Positions 17,283-24,996 of a DNA stretch of 25,170 nt are shown piece after piece. Positions within the stretch are counted from its first letter, which is position 1. Every line of letters starts with the position of its first letter. Below the pieces are notes generated by a model. It saw only the letters and a program-made list of their open reading frames with translations, was not told the DNA's origin and made no database searches. The position numbers and the translations under genes were made by a program. The stretch is from Oligoflexia bacterium (GTDB lineage: Bacteria > Bdellovibrionota > Bdellovibrionia > JABDDW01): assembly GCA_043732305.1 (NCBI GenBank), contig JAYTHU010000197.1, positions 1-25,170 on the forward strand. Reading direction: 5' to 3'.

Positions 17283-18206
17283 TTATTTCAGTGTCGGTTT
17301 ACGATTGAGAAAACATCCAGTCATGCTTGCATCAATTTGTCTTTGAGCATTGAGACAAGAATAAAGAATGTAAGTCTCTTGGCCGTAACCTGCATGCGTT
17401 CTGACAGTGATCTGACCTTTAGCGTCCACCTCACAGGGATTATCCATTGTGCAACGCTCGCCACTCTCATTGGTCGTGTTGTTGATCCCGATCAACTCAT
17501 ATGTGGCAGGATTAATAATCGGTGAACCCGAGGTTCCTCCGATGATTTCGCAACCAGGACTCGAATAGCGGATGGAATCAAACATTTGGTAGCCACCCTC
17601 ATGAATCGAATAAATAAAATCATCGATGTGACAAACATATCCGCGCTTCCAATACCCAGAAACAATAGAAATAGGTGTTCCAACCACAGGATGCTTGGAT
17701 GAAATGACGAGTGGCTGAATTTTATATTTATCCGAAAGTTCCTGAAAAGTTTCCGTAAGACGATACAGCGTGACATCAGTTCCGGTCATGGTGGAAAGCA
17801 TCACCCGACTGGCCCGCAAAGTGGCCGACTTGCTGCCGTCATTGCTTAGAAGTGCGAACGTACGATCAGAAGACTGATCTATAATATTTTGTCCGGGCTT
17901 GATCATTGCGAAATAAGCAGAAAGAGTCCTCGCTGAACCAAAGAAATCTTGGAGGCAATGCCCATTAGTGAGCACCATTCCAAAGTCAGAAGGCTGTGAA
18001 GTTTCAAATCTCACAACTGAACCCGAACAATTGCTTAAAGCTACAATTGCCCTGAAATTTACTCCGCCGCGGAAATTCCCCGAAGGCCGAGTACCAGTGA
18101 GTTGTTCAAGTGTTAGAGGCTTTTGTGGCCTTGGAAATGCGTTAGCGCCTTGATATCCTAAAAATAAAATAGCAAGAAATAAGCCCGAAAAAAATCCTTT
18201 TCTCAT
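17283..18206 (-). CDS. Secreted trypsin-like (S1) serine protease
   Basis: Signal peptide, NCSGS, catalytic His in TNGHC, Asp in TDVTLY, Ser in GGTSGSP, and a GGGAGG RBS. Confidence 0.92.
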   Translation of the reverse strand: MRKGFFSGLFLAILFLGYQGANAFPRPQKPLTLEQLTGTRPSGNFRGGVNFRAIVALSNCSGSVVRFETSQPSDFGMVLTNGHCLQDFFGSARTLSAYFAMIKPGQNIIDQSSDRTFALLSNDGSKSATLRASRVMLSTMTGTDVTLYRLTETFQELSDKYKIQPLVISSKHPVVGTPISIVSGYWKRGYVCHIDDFIYSIHEGGYQMFDSIRYSSPGCEIIGGTSGSPIINPATYELIGINNTTNESGERCTMDNPCEVDAKGQITVRTHAGYGQETYILYSCLNAQRQIDASMTGCFLNRKPTLK

Positions 18207-18311
18207 AATTCCTCCCTTGGAATGTGACTACGGAAATTAGATCAACGGGATTTAACAGAGTCAAACAGATTCCAAGTGTGATACAAGTTTGGGATAATTA
18301 AAGGACAAGGT

Positions 18312-18995
18312 TTGAAGAATTTAATCACAGAACAATTTCTAACTATTCAGGGCGAAGGCAAATCTTTAGGCAGGCCCGCCTATTTTATTCGCTTTGCCGG
18401 GTGCAATCTTTGGTGCGCTTGGTGCGACAGCATGCACTCTGTGGATCCACGCCTGTTTCAAGAAACCGCTCACGAAATAGATTTTTCCTTGATCCCAGAT
18501 CACTGTGAACTGATTGTTTTAACCGGGGGAGAACCCACTCTTTTTGATCTTAAATCCGTCCGGGAAAAACTTATTTCAATAAACTCTAAGCGTGTGTTCG
18601 AAGTTGAAAGCAATGCCACAAATTTTCCTGTTGAACTATTGGTAGATTTTCATTGGAATCTCTCTCCAAAATTGAAATCGTCGTCGCAAAAAACTTTAAT
18701 TCAAGACCAAATGCGCCTAAGAAATTTAAAAGCTTGGGCAGATTATTCGCAAACACATGACAATGTGACCTTTAAATTTGTTATTACGAACACTGAAGAT
18801 CTCTCTGAAGTTTCAAAAATGGTGGAAGAATATTCGATCTCTAAAAATCGTGTGTATCTCATGGCTGAAGGAAGAACAGAATCGAGCCAGCAACTTTCTA
18901 ATGTCGAATGGCTAATAGAAGAATGCAAAAATCTGAACTTTAATTTCAGTCCAAGGCTTCACATCATGCTTTGGGGCGAGAAGCTCGGCGTCTAA
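18312..18995 (+). CDS. queE: 7-carboxy-7-deazaguanine synthase (radical SAM)
   Basis: F.TIQGEG, FIRFAGCNLWCAWCDS (CxxxCxxC), TGGEP, ESN, SPKL, FKFVI and PRLH..LWG...GV. Confidence 0.93.
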   Translation: MKNLITEQFLTIQGEGKSLGRPAYFIRFAGCNLWCAWCDSMHSVDPRLFQETAHEIDFSLIPDHCELIVLTGGEPTLFDLKSVREKLISINSKRVFEVESNATNFPVELLVDFHWNLSPKLKSSSQKTLIQDQMRLRNLKAWADYSQTHDNVTFKFVITNTEDLSEVSKMVEEYSISKNRVYLMAEGRTESSQQLSNVEWLIEECKNLNFNFSPRLHIMLWGEKLGV

Positions 18996-19007
18996 TTTAG
19001 AATATTT

Positions 19008-19353
19008 TCAAGGAACGACAGGAAGATCGTCGCAGACGATGGATATCCCTTTGGCTTGAAGAGGTGCGATCTCTTTGATCGCAGCTTGATCCATGCCTTC
19101 AAAATTCAATTTTTAAAGACTGTGACAATTCGATTTTCAACTTGCGCAAAACTTGTGATTGGCTGGGGTATGGAACCGGGAGTGAAGCTCCTTGAGTAAG
19201 CTTTGAGTAGATCGGCATTCTTGCCTCACCTAAATTAAGTGTATCTTCCAGATACTTTGCAAAGCATCCGGCAAATGCTAATTTAGCAGTCATTGCCACA
19301 AGCAAAAGGGACGAGAGCAGAATTGTTATAATTTTGAAAAACCTATTAAACAT
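19008..19353 (-). pseudogene. Probable frameshifted/deleted gene for a secreted protein
   Basis: The 84-aa signal-peptide ORF stops at 19099. An adjacent frame continues NFEGMDQAAIKEIAPLQAKGISIVCDDLPVVP to TGA 19008, placing the frameshift near 19100-19112. Confidence 0.45.
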
Positions 19354-19391
19354 TTCCTAGGTCTATCTACTCCTACGGAATTTTCCCAGAT

Positions 19392-19745
19392 TTATTTTGT
19401 GGGTGACGTTCTAGCCCTCGTAGCCATTTCAATGAGCTCATCACGAGCGTCTTTATTGGAAAAACCTTTTTCCAGAGTAAGAAATTCGTCTTTGCCTCCG
19501 AGAGCGTCTGACCTTGAAATAGCTATAGCAATTTCGTCATCGGGACAAACATCCATGCATCCAACAAGTACTGCGCGGACTTTACCTTTGCCGAGTCTCG
19601 ATTTGAGTTCGTCCTTAAGAGACGCTTGAAGTTTCTGTGCAGGATTCTCATCGGACTTTGAAATCTTTTTACCACATTTTTCGCAAATTAAAATTAGCGC
19701 GTCCGTGACCGGCGATTCAGCTTCATTGAATTTAAAACTGCTCAT
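19392..19745 (-). CDS. Thioredoxin-like (2Fe-2S) ferredoxin-family protein
   Basis: LILICEKC ... VGCMDVCP, with the Cys arrangement and strand/helix pattern of TRX-like Fe-S proteins. Confidence 0.7.
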   Translation of the reverse strand: MSSFKFNEAESPVTDALILICEKCGKKISKSDENPAQKLQASLKDELKSRLGKGKVRAVLVGCMDVCPDDEIAIAISRSDALGGKDEFLTLEKGFSNKDARDELIEMATRARTSPTK

Positions 19746-19794
19746 GATGTTCTTTCTTTTGTTTTAAGTTTGCTCACTTCTCCCACAACGCGAT

Positions 19795-19822
19795 CGAAGA
19801 TTTGAATATGTCCAAATCTTCG
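19795..19822. repeat. Perfect 10-bp inverted repeat (CGAAGATTTG-N8-CAAATCTTCG)
   Basis: Directly visible, 50 nt upstream of the ferredoxin-like gene. Confidence 0.8.
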
Positions 19823-19871
19823 CACATGCGCTCCTTAAGATATATCGCATTGTAATCCTTATATTTAAACA

Positions 19872-19982
19872 TCAATGATTACTTGTGTGAGGCAAAGTCT
19901 GACGAGTATCGAAAAATCCTGCCCATGGGTCTGTTTTAAACTTTTGAAGTCGATTGCTAATACGCAAATGCCATTCTGCCAC
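19872..19982 (-). pseudogene. Short remnant resembling the C-terminus of a LigD polymerase/primase domain
   Basis: Manual translation VAEWHLRISNRLQKFKTDPWAGFFDTRQTLPHTSNH*. The RL....DPW..F....Q.L pattern is recalled from LigD C-termini. Confidence 0.35.
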
Positions 19983-19996
19983 CCATGCCTAGTGCA

Positions 19997-20173
19997 CTAG
20001 CTCCTAGCAGTGCTCCACCAGTGAAGCAACTCAACTTTTGGTTTACGAGCTTTAATATTTGCTTTGTTTTCATTTTCGACGGCTTTAAGTGTGACACCAT
20101 TTTTTCTACGAATGGTTTTTATAGGTGAAGCAAAACTCATGGCGGGCTTAATTGCTTTGGATTCGTTTAACAT
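19997..20173 (-). CDS. Small basic hypothetical protein (58 aa); start revised to ATG 20173
   Basis: CAGGAG RBS about 9 nt before ATG 20173, with a sigma54-type promoter upstream. Lys/Arg-rich, ending LLHWWSTARS. Confidence 0.65.
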   Translation of the reverse strand: MLNESKAIKPAMSFASPIKTIRRKNGVTLKAVENENKANIKARKPKVELLHWWSTARS

Positions 20174-20223
20174 TTTTTGTTTCTCCTGGTTGAAGTTTGG
20201 AATCAAACACAAACCACTGGAAT

Positions 20224-20239
20224 AGCAAAACAAATGCCA
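20224..20239 (-). promoter_or_regulatory. Sigma54 (-24/-12) promoter
   Basis: Minus strand TGGCAT-TTGTT-TTGCT has the exact GG-N10-GC spacing, about 50 nt before ATG 20173. Confidence 0.7.
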
Positions 20240-20274
20240 ACAACCTCACAGGACTTCAGGGAGATACGCTTGTA

Positions 20275-20301
20275 GCTCTCGATGCAAATTACATCGAGAG
20301 C
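20275..20301. repeat. Perfect 10-bp inverted repeat (GCTCTCGATG-N7-CATCGAGAGC); terminator/stability hairpin or activator site
   Basis: Lies between the lipocalin gene stop (20334) and the sigma54 promoter. No clear U-tract. Confidence 0.7.
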
Positions 20302-20333
20302 GGAATTATATGAACTTGTTAATTAACGGGAGA

Positions 20334-20708
20334 TTAAATTTTTTCCCAGGTGATACGATGAAAACCAGTTTCATTTGGAGGAGTTGTAACCACAAGTGTT
20401 TTGCCATCGAGCTTTGGAAATCTTGTCTCTGTGGTGCCTCGACGTGTTTTCTTCGGTGAAACCTTGATATGGTGAAGAATTTTTTCTCCTTCAACTGAAA
20501 ACGTCCCAGCAAAGGCAATCATTTCTTCGACCTTGAGCACATCCGTGTGGAGTGTGATAAGTATGCTCATGGCTCCGTCAGCTGCATAAATCAATTGTCC
20601 TTCATGGTATTCTGTGGTGGGAGTGAATTCTCCAGCCAAGTTCACCGATCCATGACGTACAAGTTTCCAAGTTCCAACCAAGTCAGCTTTTTCCAAATTA
20701 TTTTTCAT
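20334..20708 (-). CDS. Lipocalin-like domain protein; start probably ATG 20708
   Basis: LVGTWKLV (GxW motif), GQLIYAADGAMS and AFAGTF. ATG overlaps the upstream TGA (TGATG). Confidence 0.85.
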   Translation of the reverse strand: MKNNLEKADLVGTWKLVRHGSVNLAGEFTPTTEYHEGQLIYAADGAMSILITLHTDVLKVEEMIAFAGTFSVEGEKILHHIKVSPKKTRRGTTETRFPKLDGKTLVVTTPPNETGFHRITWEKI

Positions 20709-21055
20709 CAGTGACAACTCCAAATTCTGTCAATTAATCCATCTCTAAAACCATATATAATCACGGAGTGAATCCCGTCAGGATATCTAGCAGAGCCGGT
20801 CACCCATTCCTCATCAATGACTGCAGTTTCATTTACAATTCTACTTTTAAGAAGGCAATGCAATTGAGGACTCGCCTCAAACATAGCCTTATAACTTTTT
20901 TTAAATTCTTCTATACCATTAGGACCGGAGTGATTGCTGATCAGGGAATACACTTTCACCTGCGGGTGGAAACAAGCGCAGAAAGTTTCGAGGTCTCGTT
21001 TGTTATAAGCATTCAACTTTTTTTGAGCGAGATTTTCCATTTGGGATTTGGTCAT
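20708..21055 (-). CDS. SnoaL/NTF2-like fold protein
   Basis: LNAYNKRDLETFCACF, SRIV....VIDEE.V and IYGFRDGLIDRIW. Confidence 0.88.
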   Translation of the reverse strand: MTKSQMENLAQKKLNAYNKRDLETFCACFHPQVKVYSLISNHSGPNGIEEFKKSYKAMFEASPQLHCLLKSRIVNETAVIDEEWVTGSARYPDGIHSVIIYGFRDGLIDRIWSCH

Positions 21056-21732
21056 GGGACAAGATAGCCAAAATTGATGAGAAGATCTATTTTTAAAATT
21101 TCTCCAATTTTATGACGCGCATGTTTGATTGACGGAGAAGCATTGACGGCAAATTCCGGCATCCGGTAATCAGCATATTGATTAAATCTCAGCGCAAGGA
21201 TTTCAGACTTTCTAAATCTTAATCTTAACTCACGATAAATTTGGCTTTTTATTCTTATAAGGTGCTCTGTTGCATCCGAAAGATCATTGGTCAAACCCTT
21301 AAAGTTTCCCTTTTCGATATCGGCCTGAAAATCAATCAAACGGAATAAAGTTATAACTAAAATCTCGTCAGCATACTCACCAAACAAAGAGGAGAGCGCG
21401 ACTTCTTTATCTACGTGATTCAAAGTCTGATTGACTGTTTCAACAGCCGCTTCATGACTTTTTGACGAGAGAATGTCCAATGAAAGTTCATCCGCCTCCG
21501 GCATAAAATGGTCCACACGCGAGGGGAAATCAGCTGGGCGATCCGCTCCAACTAACTTATATCTCATGAAGTTATAAAATTCAGGTGAGTAAGCAAAAGG
21601 GAACATTGCTTGTTTAAAATTGAGGAGCGTAGTGCAAATGTTGTGTGGGGTGGAATCCGCCGGTCCGATTGCTGAAGCTACGATCGGACTAAAAAATAGA
21701 AACAAACTTACAACCGTGACTAGCAATTTCAA
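21052..21732 (-). CDS. Secreted hypothetical protein
   Basis: TTG start with AAGGAG RBS and signal peptide MKLLVTVVSLFLFFSPIVASA. Stop overlaps the NTF2 start (ATGA). Confidence 0.75.
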   Translation of the reverse strand: MKLLVTVVSLFLFFSPIVASAIGPADSTPHNICTTLLNFKQAMFPFAYSPEFYNFMRYKLVGADRPADFPSRVDHFMPEADELSLDILSSKSHEAAVETVNQTLNHVDKEVALSSLFGEYADEILVITLFRLIDFQADIEKGNFKGLTNDLSDATEHLIRIKSQIYRELRLRFRKSEILALRFNQYADYRMPEFAVNASPSIKHARHKIGEILKIDLLINFGYLVP

Positions 21733-21772
21733 AGGAGCTCCTTAAATAATTGGTTTAACAATTGTTACACAA

Positions 21773-21788
21773 TGCAATGAAGGTGCCT
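21773..21788 (-). promoter_or_regulatory. Sigma54 (-24/-12) promoter
   Basis: Minus strand AGGCAC-CTTCA-TTGCA (GG-N10-GC), about 40 nt before TTG 21732. Confidence 0.65.
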
Positions 21789-22132
21789 CGATTAGATCTC
21801 TCAAGGTCAACTTGAGAGTAAAATCTGTGGGATTTTGCGTCTAACGATTGTGCACAGGAGGTAAATATCGTGGTTTCGACATGATTAAAACCCCTCCTTT
21901 AGAAATGGAAAAAACTTTTAAAAAAGATGCCGTTGCTTCCTGCAACTCCTCAGTCAGAAGTTTGTTCCGCTGGCGCTTAAATTAGCAATAAATCTCGAAT
22001 CTGGTGTGAAGGTCAAATAGGTACACTCGGCTTTACGGGCTAATGATTTTTAATGAATTCGGAACCAGTCTACTGAACGGGATGATGCCACTTCCAGCCT
22101 TTGACATCCAAGGCCCTCTGATTTTTTCGTTT

Positions 22133-23449
22133 TCATTCAAGCGCCAAGTGCAATTGACCAATGCGATCTATTTCTTTTTGATTCACACCAGCTTTTTTTG
22201 CAAATGACGGCCAAGATTTAATAGCACCTCTCACCTCATTAATGATTGACGGTGCTTCACCAACGCCAAACCTATCGGCTACTTTCTGTAAATCACTTTT
22301 AGTGAAATCTTTGAATTTGCTGTTCACGGACATAAGATGCTGATTGATCCATTCATTGTTAAGATCGTACGCAAAGGTGATGTCGTATGCTGGTGCCAGC
22401 TCCCAAGCACTTCCTTGACGTAACAGAAAAGAAAAATTTTTGGTATGGTCATCGCAGTTTCTGGCCATCACATTAAAAACCATTCTTCTGAAAGCCTCGA
22501 CCTCTGCTTCATGGCCGAGAGAAAGCTCTCGAATGACCATAAAAAATTGTTCGTATCCATTTGTTCCTTTCAACTTATAATCAATATGATTCATGGCACA
22601 TAGAGTTTGCATATGGTGCTTGATATGACCGCTCTCACGGTCAAAACGTTTTGTCATAAAATGGGCTCGGCCATTTTCCTCAAGAAGTCTGCATTCTGAC
22701 ATGGTAATTCCAGCGCTCTTTACCATCAGATGATATGCATATTCAGTGCGGCCATAGTCCAGTGATGTGCCGAGCTGTTTATCTACTTTGTTCATTCCAT
22801 CAAACTTGAGAAGCCAATGTTCAAAACCCTCCGGCGCATCGACTTGGCCTGAGCGAATTTCGCCCGTCTTATTATTCCAGGCAATGACTGCTTTGGCCCT
22901 CGCTCCTCCGGCGGACGTGCCAACCTCGATTATACTTCTGAGCGCTGCACTCATTTGATCGTCATCCTCGAAGGTTCCTTTGACCATTTTTCGCGCCTCG
23001 GTAACGAGACTATTCATCTCAAGCGCCGTCGTCTTTTCGGTCTTTGGCCCACGGGCGGGTTTAAATTCAAGAGCCCCCATAGAACGCTTTCCCATATAAG
23101 CAAGACGATCAAGCGCCGTGATTTGCGAAGCCGAAATACCTTTATCCGCCATGTATCGGTTGATCAACGCATTCCCAAAATCATCGGGCAGCGTATCTGC
23201 CAACATCGCCGGTAGTCTTTTGTAAGTCAGTTCCGGTAAATCCGGAAATACATATGCCGATTCCGTATCATTGAGCGGCATGCGCAAGGGAGAAACCTCA
23301 ATGCCACTTTTGCCAAATTGTTTATCATACGCAAAAACGTAGTAACCTAGTTTTGGGTCAAGAGCGACAGCTCCCACAAATTTTCCCCATAAGAAAACTT
23401 CAATTCGATCTACTTTTTTGTAAGACTCAGTTTTTTTCTTTTTCGCCAT
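22133..23449 (-). CDS. hipA: HipA-family serine/threonine kinase toxin with N-terminal couple domain
   Basis: DTLPDDFGN, GALEF.P, GTSAGGARAKA (Gly loop), WLLKFD, EYAY, KRFDR, NCDDHTKNFSFL and LAPAYD. Confidence 0.95.
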   Translation of the reverse strand: MAKKKKTESYKKVDRIEVFLWGKFVGAVALDPKLGYYVFAYDKQFGKSGIEVSPLRMPLNDTESAYVFPDLPELTYKRLPAMLADTLPDDFGNALINRYMADKGISASQITALDRLAYMGKRSMGALEFKPARGPKTEKTTALEMNSLVTEARKMVKGTFEDDDQMSAALRSIIEVGTSAGGARAKAVIAWNNKTGEIRSGQVDAPEGFEHWLLKFDGMNKVDKQLGTSLDYGRTEYAYHLMVKSAGITMSECRLLEENGRAHFMTKRFDRESGHIKHHMQTLCAMNHIDYKLKGTNGYEQFFMVIRELSLGHEAEVEAFRRMVFNVMARNCDDHTKNFSFLLRQGSAWELAPAYDITFAYDLNNEWINQHLMSVNSKFKDFTKSDLQKVADRFGVGEAPSIINEVRGAIKSWPSFAKKAGVNQKEIDRIGQLHLALE

Positions 23450-23744
23450 GAGTCCTTCTCGGTGCGCGTTGTCTGACAGACTTATCTTGAGTCATATGCA
23501 GTGGATTAATACTTACGATAGGAGTTACTGCTTCAATCCAGTCTTCTCGGCCGAGCGCTCGGACGACCCGAATTAATGTTTTCACAGAAGCCCCACCTCC
23601 ATTCTCAAGATTTTTTAGAGCACTCACACTGATACCCGCCTGTTTACTTAACGTCTGCTGGTGCAGACCCTTTTGTAAGCGATATTTTTTAATATTTTCA
23701 CCAAGAAGACTTTCGAGTTCTGAGGGACTTTTGATGCTCTTCAT
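23427..23744 (-). CDS. XRE/Cro HTH transcriptional regulator, HipB-like antitoxin; start probably ATG 23744
   Basis: LGENIKKYRLQKGLHQQTLSKQAGISVSALKNLENG with an AAGGAG RBS. Overlaps the hipA start by 23 nt. Confidence 0.9.
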   Translation of the reverse strand: MKSIKSPSELESLLGENIKKYRLQKGLHQQTLSKQAGISVSALKNLENGGGASVKTLIRVVRALGREDWIEAVTPIVSINPLHMTQDKSVRQRAPRRTHGEKEKN

Positions 23745-23773
23745 AAAAGACTCCTTCAAAGCTATTTACTACC

Positions 23774-23901
23774 AACATGTCATATAATAGCTCTATTTAC
23801 AGCTATTATATGACATGTTTTTAGAATTAGCAACTTATTTTAATAGCTTTATTTAAAACTATTAATGATACTTAAGTCGATAATAGCTTTTTTTTAAGCT
23901 C
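23774..23901. promoter_or_regulatory. Array of palindromic operators (TAGCT-N8-AGCTA) upstream of HTH-hipA
   Basis: Sites at 23788-23805 (perfect, inside a 19-bp perfect inverted repeat 23774-23792/23801-23819), 23844-23861 and 23884-23901 (one mismatch each). Half-site at 23760-23764. Confidence 0.8.
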
Positions 23902-24015
23902 TTATAACAGACTTCTCTACATAGTGATTCGTCCCCTTCCCTTAGATAAAATGATGCTGTTTTTATCAAGGTAGAATAGGTATTACCGAAAATTCCCAAT
24001 TTCGTTTGCATGTGA

Positions 24016-24560
24016 CTATTTTGGAGAAAAGCTAAAAGCGAAGAGCCCATTGCCAGGCGTCTAAAGTCTGCAAACTTTAGAACGCAAGCAACGTTTGAGC
24101 ATTTAGACTTTACTACAAAAAGGACTCTAACAAAATCTCAAGCTGCAGATTTAATACAATTGCAATTTATTAAACAAGCTCCCAGGATTATTTTGCTGAT
24201 TGGTCCCACAGGAGTTGGAAAAAAATTTTTAGCAGAAGCCATCGGAGACTATGCTTGTCGAAAAGGTTTCACAGCGTGCTTTACTGAAATCACCGTTCTG
24301 ATGGAAAAGTGGCTGATGACAAAAGCGGACGGAACTTTTTTTGAAATTCCGAGATCGACTCATCAAAAACGATTTATTAGTCATCCACGACATGGGCCTA
24401 AAAAAATTTCCCCCCGGCACGATCCAGGAGTTACATGACGTTCTTGAAGAAAGGCAAAACAATTGCACCATCTTCACAACGCAACTTCAATTAGAAAATT
24501 GGAAAGAGATTATTGATCATGGAAATTGAAGGTGACACTTATTGAAAAAAGAAAGGATCC
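24016..24560 (+). pseudogene. istB: Degraded IS21-family helper ATPase IstB
   Basis: IARRLKSANF..QATFEHLDF, GPTGVGKK (Walker A damaged), a +1 frameshift in the T run at 24336-24342, DLLVIHDMG (Walker B damaged), DVLEER and TIFTTQ...W. After a deletion comes MEIEGDTY*KK. No start codon or istA. Confidence 0.88.
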
Positions 24561-24996
24561 GCAAACGCCTCACCAGAGCTAAGAGTTGCCCGCGCCCATG
24601 TCGTTCTTCATGGAAATGTATGCTGAATAGATATTATTTAGCTTAATGACTTCGACCGCCACGCCAATCTGTAAAAGGGAAAGAGAAACGGTGGCAAAAA
24701 AAAGCTTATCAACCAGCCTCTGCCTATTTCAGTTCTCATCCAATGATTGGAAAAGTGTATGAAATGTCCTTGAAATTAGAAATCTCAACTCGCAATTGCA
24801 TCATTATTAGACCTCCGCCTAGCTGTAGAGCTATTGCTAAAAAACAATATTGTTGAGACAATTTTAATATGAACTCCTCGACTAACACCAGCACTTGGGT
24901 CCAACTATTAAAGGCCTTACCAATAAATATGCCAGATCTCCGTTTTTTTGGCGTAGAAAGCAAAATTGGATTTGGTTATGGGAAGACCAAATCAGA

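Noticed and set aside
21856..22132. Possible tmRNA (GGTTTCGAC resembles the tmRNA 5' segment)
   Set aside because: No GGGG 5' acceptor strand, no 3' T-arm/CCA, and no tag ORF ending in hydrophobic-Ala-Ala.
23862..24050. 62-aa minus-strand ORF
   Set aside because: It runs over the operator array and the istB remnant and has no features of a real gene.
24736..24963. 75-aa minus-strand ORF, and a broken plus-strand frame over the same stretch
   Set aside because: TTG start without a clear RBS and no recognisable motif. It may be a fragment interrupted by IS30, but this cannot be supported.
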